Source: Dendrobates tinctorius
Taxonomy: Eukaryota
Assembly (NCBI RefSeq): GCF_039654945.1
Contig: NW_027361775.1
Coordinates: 11,656,001 to 11,720,000, forward strand
Length of the DNA: 64,000 bases
Direction of reading: 5' to 3'
Both the position numbers and the translations under genes were made by a program. The notes below the pieces were generated by a model. The model did not search any database and had not been told where the DNA came from. It worked only from the letters and a program-made list of their open reading frames with translations. Every line of letters begins with the position of its first letter. The first letter of the stretch is position 1. Shown piece by piece: positions 39,819-53,996 of this stretch.

Positions 39819-41344
39819 CCCTTTGCTGTACCACAATATGAATCATTATTCTACTTCCTTTGTACATTATGTACATTGTCATGTTTCAAAAATCCATATG
39901 GCACACATCTACAGTTCCATACTATTCCACTGTGTGCTTCCTATCAAGGCATACAGATGTTTTCTCCATTGTCAATGTGCCATTATGCCTATTCGGTGGA
40001 TATATATTCATATAATAGATATTCTTTTTAGTAGGGGTATACATGACTATGCAGAGCAAATTTGATATTAAAGTAGGAAACACTGCAGTTGCTGCCAACT
40101 TTTTACAAAGGAGAAGATAATGTAGTTTCCATAGAGTAGCATACATGGAGCTGTTGGCATTTTAAGTGAATATGTAGTTTAGTAGCTCAGCACAGAGTGC
40201 TCATAGTTGTTCATATAAATTGTGGTAAAACTCGGTTTCTTCGATCTTATTACTGAGGCTGCAGCTAGAGGCTCTTTTAAGATGAGGAACATCCATAATT
40301 CTCCACAGCCAATTATATGGACCAACAATATGGAAATAAAATGCCCTTTCCCCCACAGCTACAGCCCCCAAAAATTGCTTTTAAAGAATGATGTTAAACA
40401 CACAGCATATCCGTTGGTCTGAGCACTGCTTGCGGAATTACATGACATTTATTAAAGCTATATTAAAAGGTGCTTTTGTGGAAATACTTTCTGCACTGCC
40501 TATTATTTTTGGGGGAACATTTCTCAAAGTAATAATGAAAGCTTCATCCTCTAGTTATGAACTACCTAGTTAGGACGTAATAGGAAATGACTGCATGCAG
40601 TGGAAATGGAGCACTTAGAGAAGAAATAATGAATCTACGTTAGTTTTCATCTATATATTCTGTTTGGCAAGGTAATGGCTGGATTGTAACCCTGATAAAG
40701 GTCTGGTCACAACCTCATAAATATGGAAATTGGAGACAAAGGGTTATTTATTTTCCTTTTTTATCTACCACTCTGGCCATCATGCTGTGTCATTTTATGT
40801 TTGCTTGTGTTTCCTACAGAGTTAAGATAATTGTATTGATTGGTAATGGGTGTTGGGCTGAAATTTTTATAGACTAGCTTGCTTCAAGCTAAACAAACAA
40901 TTTATTGGAAAATATGCTACCTTTCGTTAACTTGTCCATATTTTGACAGATTATATTTTAGCACAGGAGCCTAACATCACATTGGATTTATTCACCTATA
41001 TTAACAGGAAATCGATACCTAATATAACATATTACATGTCTGTTCATTATAGGAAGAGATCTGCCATATACCTTAGTTACCCCATTTACTATGAATCTGA
41101 TAAAACTCACTAAAGAGAAGCATATACCGTAATTCACAGACATATGTTTTAAATATATTTAGTTCTTTATGTTTTTTCAGCATTAATACAAAAAAAGATG
41201 CATTTACCAGAAGCAAATCAGTATCTATTAAGCATTGATCGTGTCTTTATATCAGATGAGAAATGTTTTTGAAAGGTGCTTAAACTATTCTGACTTTATA
41301 TATCACAGGTACGTATGGCACTACTAATTTATCTAGTACACATA

Positions 41345-42905
41345 CAGTGGGGGAAAAAAGTATTTCATATACTGCTTATTGTACACGTTTTCCCACTTAC
41401 AAAGAATGGAGAAGTCTGTCATTTTTATTGTAGGCATACTTCAGGTGTGAGAGACAGAATCTAAAAATAAAAACCAGAAAATCACATTGTAAGATTTTTA
41501 AATAAATTCCATTTTATTGCATGAAATAAGTATTTGATCACCTGCCAACCAGCAGGAATACTGGCTCTCAAATATCCATTAGTATTTCTTTAAGAAGCCC
41601 TCCTACTCTGCACTCATAACCTGTTTTAATTGCACCTGTTTAAACTCATTACCTGTATAAAAGACACCTGTCCACACACTCAATTAATCACACGCTAACC
41701 TTATCCACCATGGCTGAGACCAAAGAGCTATCTAAGGGTACCAGGTACAAAATTGTAGACCTGCACAAGGCTGGGGCGGGCTACAGGACATTCGGCAAGC
41801 AGTTTGGTAAGCAGGCAGCAACTGTTGACAGAATTATTAGAAAATGGAAGAAACACAAGATGACTGTTAATCTTCTTCGGTCTGGGACTCCATGCATGAT
41901 CTCGCCTCGTGGGGTAAGAATGATTCTGGGAAAGGTCAGAATTGGCCCAGAACTTCACAGGAGGACCTGATCAATGGCCTAAAGAGAGCTGGGACTACAG
42001 TCTCAAACGTTACTGTTAGTAACACATTACGCCGTCATGGATTAAAATCCTCCTGCAGGGCACTTAAGGTCCACATGCTCACACCAGCACATATCTATGC
42101 CTGTTTGATTTTCACCAAAGACCATCTGGATGATCCAGAGGAGGCATGGGAGAAGGTTATGTTTTCAGATGAAGCCAAAATAGAACTTTTTGGTATCAAT
42201 TCCACTTGCCGTGTTTGGAGGAAGAAGAAGGATGAGTACAACCCCAAGAAAACCGTGAAGCATGGTGGTGGAAACATTATGCTTTGTTGGTGATTTTCTG
42301 GAAAAGGGACAGAACGACTGCACTATATTGAAGGGAGGATCACAATCACCTTCCCTTAGTAAGAGCATTGAATATAGGTCATGGCTGGGTCTTCCAGCAT
42401 GACAGTCACCCTAAACAAACTCAAGGAAACTAAGGAGTGGCCCATACAAAGCATTTCAATGTCCTGGAGTGTTCTAGCCAGACTCCAGACCTGAAACCTC
42501 CAAAAAATCTTTGGAGGGAGCTGAAACTCAATGTTGCCCAGTGACAGCCCCTAAACCTGAAAGATCTGGAGATCTATAATGATGAATGGGCCATAATCTC
42601 TGCTGCAGTGTGTACAAACTTGGTGAAGAGCTACAAGAAAAGTCTGACCTCTCTATTTGCAAACAAAGGTTTCTGTACCAAATATTAAGTTCCTTTTTTT
42701 TCTATTGTATAAAATAATTATTTCATGCAATAAAATGCAAATAAATTATATAAAAATCATACAATGTGATTTTCTGGATTTTTTTGAAGATTCTGACTCT
42801 CACAGTTGAAGTGTACCTACCATAAAAATTACAGACCTCTCCATTCTTTGTAGGTGGGAAAACTTGCAAAATCAGCAGTGAATCAAACACTTATTTTCCC
42901 CACTG
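41345..42905 (+). mobile_element. Full-length decayed Tc1 with long (~190-bp) TIRs
   Basis: TA|CAGTGGGG...CCCCACTG|TA; frameshifted transposase ~41710-42690 ([29 protein letters not shown]). Confidence 0.92.
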
Positions 42906-44032
42906 TATGCTTATATTATATTTTTTAGTCGTCCTCTGCCTGGACCCTCTGTTCTATTTGAATACTCTAAGATCAATGTTTGCATATACAGTATAAAAAT
43001 GTACAATATCAGAATGAGAAGCTTATTTTTGTAATTCTTCATGAAGATATATTGAGCTATGTTCATATCAATTTTCCTTTAGAGTTAACCAGTCATCAGG
43101 TCACAATTGTCCATTTTTTGCTCTAATTTTACTCCTACTGAAGCACTATGTGTTCCATTTTTTTCAATCTTTCATGCAGTTCCTGAGATATTGGCTTTTT
43201 TTAATTTGTTGATATTTTTTATTTTATTTTGTTATGGTCTTTATTAAAGGTCTTTGCTCACAGAGTAATAGCACACTAGCCGGAAGACACACCTCAGAGA
43301 ATCCTGAGAGCAATAAGTTCAGGAAAAGCAGCCCATGGTGCTCGTTCCACAATCATATACCATTGGGATTAGTTTCTCTATCTATGGATTAAGGTCGCGC
43401 ACAGGTCGTTAGTAATAGATTCCTAAAACTTTACAGCTTCTTGTGTTTTTATAACACATCCTCTACAATCTTCTCAAAATTGTTAGGCATGGTTCACACT
43501 AATAAAATGTTTCTTGAAATTAACAGATCTGTCAGTAACCAATCTTTCTGTACCTTTATCTAATCAGTAAAGCACCTGTGAAACCCAAAATTCTAATTTA
43601 ATTTCCTTAATTAAAAAATCCTTTACCAATTAGTTCTTGGCAAAATCATTATCACAGAGGTTCACTTTACTTGTTCTCAATTTACAACAAAATACAACAG
43701 TTTGTGAGTCATTGGTGTACGTTTAATTTTTTTGCATTTCTATTATAGTGAAATTGATAACAATTATACCACATTTTATCAGTAATCAACAAAGAAATGT
43801 AGGTAATTCTACTTTATTTTTCTTGGAATTACGCATTTGACATTTACTATTTTCCTGGCACTTGATGATGTACAATATCAATTTATATTGTAGTACTGTG
43901 TTAGTCAGAAAATGTATGTAAATCCTTTTATGCCCGATGAGGCACTTGATAAAATTCTGTAAATAAAAAAAGACCTGCTGTCAGGTAAAAAGTTTTATTT
44001 TTATCTTATTATATTCCTGCTGATCCCCTTAA

Positions 44033-46457
44033 CCCCTTAAGGACCAAGCCATTTTGTAGGTTAATGACCGGGCCTTTATTTTGAAATCAAACCACTGTCA
44101 CTTTATGTGGTTATAACTCTGGAACGCTTCAACGGATCCCGCTGATTCTGAGAATGTTTTTTCATGACATATTGTACTTCATGTTTGTAATAACATTTCT
44201 TCAATATGTCTTGCATTTATTCATGAAAATAACAGAAATTTGTCAAAAATTTTGAAAATTTAGCAATTTCCAAATTTTAATTTTTGTACCCTTAAGGCCG
44301 GTTTCACACTAGCGCATTTTCAACGCGCGCACGGCCGGGGGTAGCTCCGCCCCCGATCCGGCTCTCTGCCCGGCGTGCCCGCCCCTTCCTTGTAGCGCTG
44401 CCTCCTAGCGGACAGCGGCGCCTGCGATCGGCGCACCCTATCTTTAGCATAGGGTGCGCCGATCGTGCGCAGGCCGTGCGCTAGTTGCGCTTTGACCTGC
44501 GCTGCGCACTTTTGACGGTGCGCCGTGCGCGCCAAAATCAAACTTTTCGGATTTTGGCGCGCACGGCGCACCGTCAAAAGTGCGCAGCGCAGGTCAAAGC
44601 GCAACTAGCGCACGGCCTGCGCACGATCGGCGCACCCTATGCTAAAGATAGGGTGCGCCGATCGCAGGCGCCGCTGTCCGCTAGGAGGCGGCGCTACAAG
44701 GAAGGGGCGGGCACGCCGGGCAGAGAGCCGGATCGGGGGCGGAGCTACCCCCGGCCGTGCGCGCGTTGAAAATGCGCTAGTGTGAAACCGGCCTAAATCA
44801 GAGAGTGGTGTCACACAAATAGTTAATAAATAACATTTCCCACATGTCAACTTTACATCAGCACAATTTTGGAAACATATATTTTTTTTTGTTAGGACGT
44901 TATAAGGGTTAAAAGTTGACCAGCGATTTCTCATTTTTCCAACAAAATTTACAAAACCATTTTTTAGGGACCACCTCACATTTGAAGAGAGTTTGAGGGG
45001 TCAATATAACCGAAAATACCCAAAAGTGACACCATTCTAAAAACTGCACCCCTCAAGGTGTTCAAAATCACATTCAAGAAGTTTATAAACCCTTTAGCTA
45101 CTTCACAGGAATTGAAGCAATGTGGAAGGAAAAAATTAACATTTAACATTCATTCCCCAAAATATTTATTTTCAGAAGGGTAACAGGAGAAATCAGACCC
45201 CAAAAGTTGTTGCGCAATTTGTCCTGAGTACACTGACCCCCCATATGTGGGGTGGAACCACTGTTTGAGTGCATGGCAGAGCTCAGAAGGGAAGGAGCGC
45301 CGTTTTGGAATGCAGACTTTGATGGAATGTTCTGCGGGCATCATGTTGCATCTGCAGAGCCCCTGATGTGCCTAAACAGGGGAAACCTCCCACAAAAGTG
45401 ACCACATTTAGGAAAGTAGACCCCCCCAAGGAGCTCATCTTGATGTGTGGTGACCACTTTGAACCTCCAAGTGCTTCACAGAAGTTTATAACGCCCGGGC
45501 GTGAAAATAAAAAAATCATATTTTTTCCACAAACATGATCTTTTAGTCCCCAATTTTTCATTTTCCCAAGGATAACAGGAGAAATTGGACCCCAAAAGTT
45601 GTCCAATTTGTCCTGAGTACGCTGATACCCTATATGTGGGAGAAAACTACTGTATGGGCATACATCGAGGCTCGGAAGGGAAGTAGTGAGGTTTTGGATT
45701 GCAGACTTTGATAGAATGATCTGCGGGCTAGACCCCCAAGGAGCTCATCTAGATGTGTGGTGAACACTTTGCACCCCCAAGTGCTTCACAGAAGTTTATA
45801 ACTTAGAGCTGTGAAAAGAAAAAATTTTTGCCTAGTCCCTTTATGGGACTTTCACTTTTTTACTTTGATTTGCACGTATAATACATTGCATTGCTCCAGC
45901 ATTGCAATATATTTTGCCTATGCTGAATGCTTGATCTCAGAGGCTTTCTGTAGCCCGATGACCCAGGGGTTGTCATGACAACCCCACGTCATCATGTCTG
46001 AGATAGGACCCCGCGATTACATTGCGGGGATGCCTATCTAAGGCAGAGGGAGCCCCTGACCCTCTGCCGATCGCAGCAATCAGGGGGTTAGCAGCCAGGT
46101 TAGGCACAGACGCCGCTCTTGGCTCTAAGTGCAGGAAGCTCAGCCACCAGCAGCGCTGAGCTCCTGCACTTACCGGGCAGGAGATGCTAAAATTTCAGCA
46201 TCTCCTGCCCGCTCATGCGGTGATCAGTCAGTCAGATTGACTGAGCAATCACAGCGCTCTGGGTGCAGGGATCGACTCCAAGGGTCCCCGCACCTCTTTC
46301 TGTTCCTGTCAGCTGTCTATGACAGCTGTCGGAACTGAATTGTCACTGCGTGTTTACACGCAGTGACAGTTTAAATGCATGACGTGCATAACCCGTCATG
46401 GTGCGGGAAGTTACATCCTGCCATGACGGACTGTGCACGTCAATGGACGTTAAGGGG
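44033..46457. mobile_element. Non-autonomous piggyBac-like element
   Basis: TTAA|CCCCTTAA...TTAAGGGG|TTAA; homologous to 61146-63932. Confidence 0.85.
44296..44793. mobile_element. Near-perfect palindromic Harbinger-type MITE nested in the piggyBac-like element
   Basis: TIR GGCCGGTTTCACACTAGCG; TSD TAA/TAA; empty site CCCTTAAATCAGAG in the paralogue at ~61405. Confidence 0.95.
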
Positions 46458-46471
46458 TTAATATTATGTTA

Positions 46472-47291
46472 AGGGCCAGTCACACTAAGCGATATCGCTA
46501 GCAATATCGCTATAACATCACTGGGTTTGTGACGTAGCAGCGATATTGCTAGCGATATCGCTATGTGTGATACTTACCTCTGACCAGCTCTACCGCTGGT
46601 TATCGCTGATCGCGTGAGAACATCCTGGGCCGTTTCTCGTCGTCAGCTTCCTGCTGGGCTTCCTGCTGTGGCGACGAGCGACGCGTGGACGCGGGCGGGC
46701 GGACGTCTTCATCGCCTCTTCTGACAGGTAAGTAGCGACCGCCGACTGTTGCTACATCGCTGGTGAGATCTGCCTGTTTGGCAGCTCACTAGCGACCACT
46801 TAGCGATGCACCAGCGATCCTGACCGGGTCATATCGTTGTCAGGATCGCTGGTGCATCGCTAAGGGTACCGTTACACCTAGCGACTCACCAGCGATCCCG
46901 ACCAGCGATATGACGCGGTCAGGATCGCTGGTGCATTGCTGGGTGGTCGCTAGTGAGCTGCCACTCAGGCAGATCTCACCAGCGACATCGCTGGGGACAG
47001 GGATCGCTACTTACCTGTCAGACGCGGCGATCCTGCGTCCTCCCGCCCGGCTCCACGCGTCGCTCGTCGTCACAGCAGGAAGCGCCGCAGGAAGCTGACG
47101 ACGACGAATGATCCAGCAGCTTCTCGCGCGATCAGCGATAACCAGCGGGGGAGCCGGTCGGCGGTAAGGTAAGTATCACATGCAGCGATATCGCTAGCAA
47201 TATCGCTGCAACGTCACAAAATCGGTGACTTTACAGCGATATTGCTAGCGATATCGCAGTGTGTAACAGGGGCTTAAGTGTGACAGTACCT
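46472..47291. mobile_element. Harbinger-type MITE containing a second copy of the same family
   Basis: Outer TSD TTA/TTA; the right TIR is displaced to 47278-47291. Confidence 0.88.
46864..47274. mobile_element. Nested inner MITE in opposite orientation
   Basis: TSD TAA at 46861-46863 and 47275-47277. Confidence 0.9.
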
Positions 47292-47876
47292 TTAATTATT
47301 GACTTTTTTAAATCCACAATATGGTTTTAGAGATTTGGGCCTTTTCCTTTAGTGCTATGCTAAATTTTATGGTCTTTACCAAAGAGGCATTGCTCATAGG
47401 ATTTTCTAGGGACATGGTTTTATAATAAATACTTTGTATAATTACCTTGTGATTAGTGCACTTTGATGAAGACTATAAAAATTAGAACTAAAGAAAATGC
47501 CTATATCTCTGATATCGTGTTATGCATTTGAAGAAAAAAGGATTACGCAATCAATCAGTGGAAATAAAATAATAAAAACTGTCTGCTTTTGACCAGGTGA
47601 CATGAATAGACTCTCCAAATGACCCATTCCAATGTTCCTTATTGTAATATCAGGTTTAACTGAGCCTGGATGGCCATAAAGTAACAGGTCAGCTTAGGTA
47701 AGGCAAACATTTAGCAAGATTACCTGTACATGTACTGTAGGCAGTGAATTATGTACAATAAATATGTGGTTATTGACCTTTGATGGATGGTCAATAAGCT
47801 ACTATGGACAGTCTGGAAATGTACCTATTCATTGTGGATATATACTGTTGTAAAAATAATTTTAAATATAATTTAA

Positions 47877-49067
47877 CCTCTTCAATCCCGGAGATTTTTT
47901 CTATTTTTCGTTTTTGTTTTTCGCTCCCCTTCTTTCCAGAGCCATAACTTTTTTATTTTTCTCTCAATATGGCCATGTGAGGGCTTATTTTTTGCGGGAC
48001 GAGTTGTACTTTTAAACGACACCATTGGTTTTACCATGTTGTGTACTCAAAAACAGGAAACAAATTCCAAGTGCGGTGAAATTGCAAAAAAAGTGCAATC
48101 CCACACTAGTTTTTTGCTTGGCTTTTTTGCTAGGTTCACGAGTTGCTAAATCTAACCTTCCATTATGATTCTCCAGGTCATTATGAATTCATAGACACCA
48201 AACATGTCTATTCTTTCTTTTATCAAAGTGGTGAAAAAAAATTCCAAAGTTTGCTAAAAAAAATTGCGCAATTTTCTGAGACCCGTAGCGTCTCCATTTT
48301 TTGTGATCTGGGGTCGGGTGAGGGCTTTTTTTTGCATGCCGGGCTGCCATTTTTAATGATACCACATTTGTGCAGATGCAATATCACGGCGACCAAAAAA
48401 ACGTAATTCTGGCATTTTTAATTTTTTTCCCGCTACGCCGTTTAGCGATCGGGTTAATGATTTTATTTTTATTGATAGATCGGGAGATTCTGAATGCGGC
48501 GATACCTAATATGTGTTTGTGGGATTTTTTTATTATTTTATTTTGATTGGGGTGAAAGGGGGGTGATTTGAACGTTTAGGTTTTTTTATTTTTTTATTTT
48601 TAAACATTTTTTTTACTTTAAGCATGCTTCAATAGCCTCCAAAGGAGGCTAGAAGCATGCACAACCCGATCAGCTCTGCTACATATGGACGATAAGCAGA
48701 TCGCCCATATGTAGCAGATTTACTGCTGTGCTTTGAGCGCCAACCACCATGCGGCGCTCAAAGCCATCTGCCTGGAACAACCATAGAGGTCTCATAGAGC
48801 CCTATGGTTGTCCAGGCAACAAGACGCCAACCCCCGATCACGTGACGGGGTCGGCAATGAGCTCATTACCGGCCCGGTGGCCGGAAATGCTATGTAAATG
48901 CCCACTGTCAGATTTGACAGCAAGATTTAACTAGTTAATAGGCGTGGGCAGATGGCGATTCCGGTTGCACCTATTGCGGGCACATGCCCACATGCACATG
49001 CCGGAGCCCACCTCAAAGCGGGGGACCTTACCGATGACATACTATTCTGTCATCCATAAGGAAGGGG
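47877..49067. mobile_element. Non-autonomous piggyBac-like element (second family)
   Basis: TTAA|CCTCTTC...GAAGGGG|TTAA; a related fragment lies at ~36695-37185. Confidence 0.75.
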
Positions 49068-49768
49068 TTAATATCAAAATGCTATCCTTAGTGTCACTAG
49101 TGGTATAGGAAAAGAATGACCACTTATAGAAGCTATACAGCATTGCAACAAATTGTGAAACTATTCACACACTTGGAATTTGTAGTTTTTTGTTACCTCA
49201 ATTTTTGAGGGTTTGCATCAGTTCATGTAAAGTACATCACTACAACTGTGAACATTTGGTTTTCTTTTTATTGTGAAACAAGCAACAAATTGGACAAAAT
49301 AGCTGAAAACTTCAGTGTTCGTTAGTTATTCACTCCACTGAAGTCAATACATTGAAGAGCCTCTTTTGTGGCAATCATAGTTGCAATTCGTTTTGGATAA
49401 GTCTTTATTTGCTTTTTTTGTCCATTATTGCATAAAGGCCACCTTTGGGCTCTGTGCTGTCTCTCTGATTAATGCCGTCCTTGCCCAGGCTGAGAGTTTT
49501 GTTGGGTGACCCTGTCTTTGCAGGTTTGTTGTGGTACCATATTATTTCCATTTGATGTTAATAGATTTAATGGTGCTCTAGAGGATCATCAGAGATTGAG
49601 ATTTTTTCTTATAGCCCAACCCTGACTTCTCAATAACTTTGTCCCTGACTTGTTCGGAGATCTCCTTGGTCCTCATGGTACTGTTTAGTTAGTGGTGGCT
49701 CTTAATGGTGTTGCAGCCTCTGGCCTTTTAAAAAGGTTTTCATATACTGACAGATGATGTGACACTAA

Positions 49769-50175
49769 AGGCCCCTTTACATTTAGCGATGCACCAGCAA
49801 TCCCGACCAGGATACGACCCGGTCAGGATCACTGATGCATCGCTAAATGGTCGCTAGTGAGCTGCCAAACAGGCAAATCTCACCATCGATGTAGCGACGC
49901 AGCAGCGGTCGTTACTTACCTTTCAGACGCGGCGATCCTGACGTCCTCCTCCCACGTCCACGCGTTGCTCGTCGGCGCCAGCCGGAAGCCCAGCAGGAAG
50001 CGCCCGATGAGAAATGGAGCAGCACGATCTCGCACGATCAGTGACAGACAGCGGGGGAGCCGGTCGGAGGTAAGTATCACACATAGCGATATCGCTAGCA
50101 ATATCGCTGCTGCGTCACAAAATCGGTGATGTTTTAGCAATATTGCTAGCGATATCGCTATGTGCAAAGCCACCT
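49769..50175. mobile_element. Harbinger-type MITE (same family)
   Basis: Flanks TAA/TTA; homologous to 7071-7459. Confidence 0.87.
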
Positions 50176-50362
50176 TTAGACTTCTCATAGTTTTACTTCC
50201 TTTCACTAAGCCTGTGGCTTATGAAGGTAATTGCTGACACCAAAAATTTGTAGCCGTTCATAGTGCACAGGGAGAATACATAAGCATATGCCAACGTTTA
50301 GTTATTTGATCCCATGAATGTATTGTGTGCCTATGTTTTTCTCACTTCACTTCATCAACTTA

Positions 50363-50768
50363 AGCCCCCGTTACACACTGCGATATCGCTAGCAATATCG
50401 CTGTAAAGTCACCGATTTTGTGACGTTACAGCGATATTACTAGCGATATCGCTGCATGTGATACTTACCTCCGACCGGCTCCCCCGCTGGTTATCGCTGA
50501 TCGCGCAAGAAGCTGCTGGACCATTCCTCGTCGTCCACTTCCTGCGGCGCTTCCTGCTGTGACGACGTGCGACGCGTGGAGCCGGGCGGGAGGAAGCAGG
50601 ATCGCCGCGTCTGACAGGTAAGTAGTGATCCCCGTCCCCAGCGATGTCGCTGGTGAGATCTGCCTGAGTGGCAGCTCACTAGCGACCACCCAGCGATTCA
50701 CTAGCAATCCTGACCGCGTCATATCGCTGGTCGGGATCGCTAGTGAGTCGCTAGGTGTAACGGTACCC
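50363..50768. mobile_element. Harbinger-type MITE (same family)
   Basis: TSD TTA/TTA; nearly the reverse complement of 46864-47274. Confidence 0.9.
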
Positions 50769-50945
50769 TTAGACAATTTACTGTTAACGTATCACAGACA
50801 AATTGGATTACAAAAATATTTAAACACAGGTTGTATTGTAAGTAAATAGGCAAAGATCCAAGGGGGTGAATATTTTTACAAGCCACTGTATGTAAAGCAC
50901 AACCAAGCTATTAAAAACACAAATTGATTTCATTCCTGTCCTTTG

Positions 50946-51040
50946 TAACATAGTAACATAGTTATTAAGGTTGAAGGGAGACTTTTAAGTCCATCTAGTT
51001 CAACCCATATCCTATCCTAACCTGCCCTAACATGTTGATC
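50946..51040 (-). mobile_element. CR1 LINE 3' tail fragment
   Basis: (GTAACATA)2 octamer followed by AAGGTTGAA...GTCCATCTAGTTCAACC, as in a CR1 3' end in reverse. Confidence 0.65.
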
Positions 51041-52497
51041 ACACAAAGTTACATTTGTATTTGATATCTTTATCACTTTTCTTTCTTTCAGTACATGCCC
51101 GTCTTTCCTGTTTATTAAATTTCTGACACATTCAACTTTATGTTTCAAGATTTTTAGAATATAGTAAATGGTTATATCCCAGAATTGACAGCAGTACTGT
51201 TAGTCATGTATTGTTCTGTCACGTTTCTTCCTCCTGTTGCCTTGATACTGAACATTTGATTTTTAAACTCTATTTTTGAAATATTGGCTGCATTTCTAAT
51301 CAGCAATCACTTTTTGTATTTTGCTTTATCTTTAGAAACATATATCATGATATAACCTGGCTTTCATATTTTAATAGAACTACTAAGCAGCAAGATTTTA
51401 TAACATAATAAGGAAAAAACAGTCAAAAATTTACCAATAAAAATACAAAAATGTATTATGACACATAAATGACAATTCAAAGCAATTTACTAAAAATTGT
51501 ATATGCAAACAATCAGTACATGGGTTCTATCTTAATCGAGAAGTGATTAAATCCATGGGTGTAAAAAACAGCTGAAGTGAAGGTCAGGATTTATTTATGA
51601 AGAGCAAACAGAGGGAAAGAGAAAAGGGATATAAAATCCCATAACAGAAACTGATCAAAAGATTGTGTAGAGTGCATAAATGCATCAATGCATCAAGTCA
51701 GCATTAGATGCCTGGATATTTATTAAGACAAAATACAATAAATGTAGTGGATTGGTCACTAAACCTTTCTGTTACACACTGTTCCTATCAAAACGTAATA
51801 TTAGTGAAGCAGGAGATAATTATTGCAGTGATCTGTCCCACCTTGACCTCAGCCACTTACCCCAAAGCGTGTTTCGTGTTCAAAAATGTCGCTTCCTCAG
51901 GGGGCGTGATTTTATAACTTGTGCGAAAACATTTCTTTTATAGAGTGCTACTTAAAGTTGCTTACCATATATGTGTTCATCATCTTGGACTCTAGATAGT
52001 AATGATGCTGTGAAATAATTAGCAAATGTTACAAAAACTATTGTGCAGTCTTTCTTCTGCTTTCTATTTCATTCCGAAAGAAGGCAAAAATGTGTAATTT
52101 TATTTTAATTGCAGCAGGACAGATGCCAACTATGCTCAATCATATTGAGTCTGTCTGTGCCAATTCTAGAATATCTCATATGTGTCTATCCCCAATTTGA
52201 ATTTCTGTATTAGGCCAGGAACAGATGAGCACATGAAAAATTGTCTGCGTTTCATCTTAAAAATTAGGATGATTTTTGTCCAATTTTTATCCGTTTGCCA
52301 TCCATGTGTATATTTTTTCAGTCCATGTGACATCATTGTGACATCCGTGTGTGATCCATTTTTACACATCTAGATTCAAAAATGTACATGATTAAACTTT
52401 TATTCCTAAATGAATAACAGAAGTCTATCCTTAAAAATGAGATGCCACATGGCTGTTCTATGTTGGGTATTTTTCTTTTTACGAACCCATAGACTTA

Positions 52498-53996
52498 CAC
52501 TGATGAGCAAAAGGGTAGCAATGTTATGAACTTTTGATTTTCAGGCTCCATATCTCACAGAGTACTGTCATTCCACAGATAATAATCTTGGCTATCTCAT
52601 ACATAAATTTGACTTTCAACTATTTTGCATATTATTAGTTATGTAGATTCCTGTCATGTCATTGTATTATTACTGTTTTGCCCCTGGTAGTCAAAAATCT
52701 GTTTCTTTCTGTATAATACAAATTACAACCATTCTTACATTCCCTACTAGCTCAGTGTGCTATTAGGTTGATTCCCAAGCGAAAGGTCCATGAAGAAGAT
52801 TTCCCAAGAAAAGAGAAACAGCATCATCCAGCTCATCGATACAGATCTGTAAGCCTAGAAAACTGTTAATCATATTTGCATCATTACAGTTGGAAGAATG
52901 CGAAATGAAGTTTATCCATCCTTTCAAAAGCCAAGAGGTGGACGTCTATTCTAAATATCGGTGTCAACAAGTTGGCTCACAATGTCTATCAGTTCTGGTG
53001 CGACAAACATGGCAGTGAAGGTGGCTTGTATGCTTCATAATAGTGAGATTACAGATGTCCGTGCAAGCACAGAGAGATGCACATTACACAAGACTGAAAT
53101 AGGTGAAGAAGCCTCAACTTCAATACCATCATATGAACATCTGGCTTGAGTTTGCAAAAAAGTACGAAAAGTGGTCAGTAGAAGATTGGAAACAGGTAAT
53201 TTGGAGTGATGAGATAAAAATCAATAGGCTGGGCTCTGATAGATGCAAATGGGTCTAGAAGAAACAAGGGAAAAGGGGGCTAATGAATTGAGAAAATGAA
53301 GGAACTGCAAGGCTCAGTTCAGGGAGCCTGATGAGTTGGGGTTGTTTCATAGCCAAAGGCGCTGAAAACTTGACCAGGATCTATGCTGTTCTCAATGATG
53401 AGCAATATGAGTGTCCTACAAGTTGATTTACTTTGTTTACTTGATTACTATTGGTATGAAAAGGAAGACATAGTGTTCTAGCAGGACAACGACCCAAAGC
53501 ATACTTCGAGATTGGCAAAGAAATAGTTTAATGACAATGAAGTAGAGGTAATGAATTGGTCCCCATTGTCCCTAGATCTCAATCCAATTGAACATTCATG
53601 GGTAGTGTTGAAGAAAAAACTGCACATACCCAAGTGAGTCTACCAGTATGCACCAACTTTGGGAATGTGTAGAAGAGACTTGGGATCACATTTCAGTTGA
53701 GAGATGCTTAAATCTGATTGAGAGCATTCCCAGAAGGATTCAGCTAAAAGGTGGATTGACAAAATAATAAAAAAAATAGATTTTTAAGAGAAAAATAGAA
53801 ACAATGCAGTGACATGAAAAGAATTTGCATAACTAATCATAGGCAAAATAGTATCAAGTCTAGTTTATGTATTAGAAAGCTAAGTTGATTGTCTATAAAA
53901 GGATGGTAGCCTCACGTTCCAAGCAGTAGATGATGGTGAGATATGGAGCCTGAAAGTCAAAAGCTCAGAACATTTTTACCCTTTTGCACTTCAGTA
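52498..53996 (+). mobile_element. Decayed Tc1 (DD34E)
   Basis: TIRs CACTGATGAGCAAAAGGGTA / TACCCTTTTGCACTTCAGT; remnants WSDE and QDNDPKH...DLNPIE (34 residues between D and E) with stops. Confidence 0.85.

Larger units (their letters stand above)
49138..50888 (-). mobile_element. Deleted Tc1 remnant hosting two MITEs
   Basis: Right end GGGGTGAATATTTTTACAAGCCACTG|TA; degraded left end; transposase N-terminal remnant on the minus strand ~49480-49680. Confidence 0.7.

Noticed and set aside
41288-41315. Possible recursive splice site CACAG|GTACGT
   Set aside because: The polypyrimidine tract is weak, such a match is expected by chance in 63 kb, and it cannot be supported without RNA data.
44320-44769. 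Twin 94-aa ORFs on opposite strands
   Set aside because: They are mirror images produced by the palindromic MITE.
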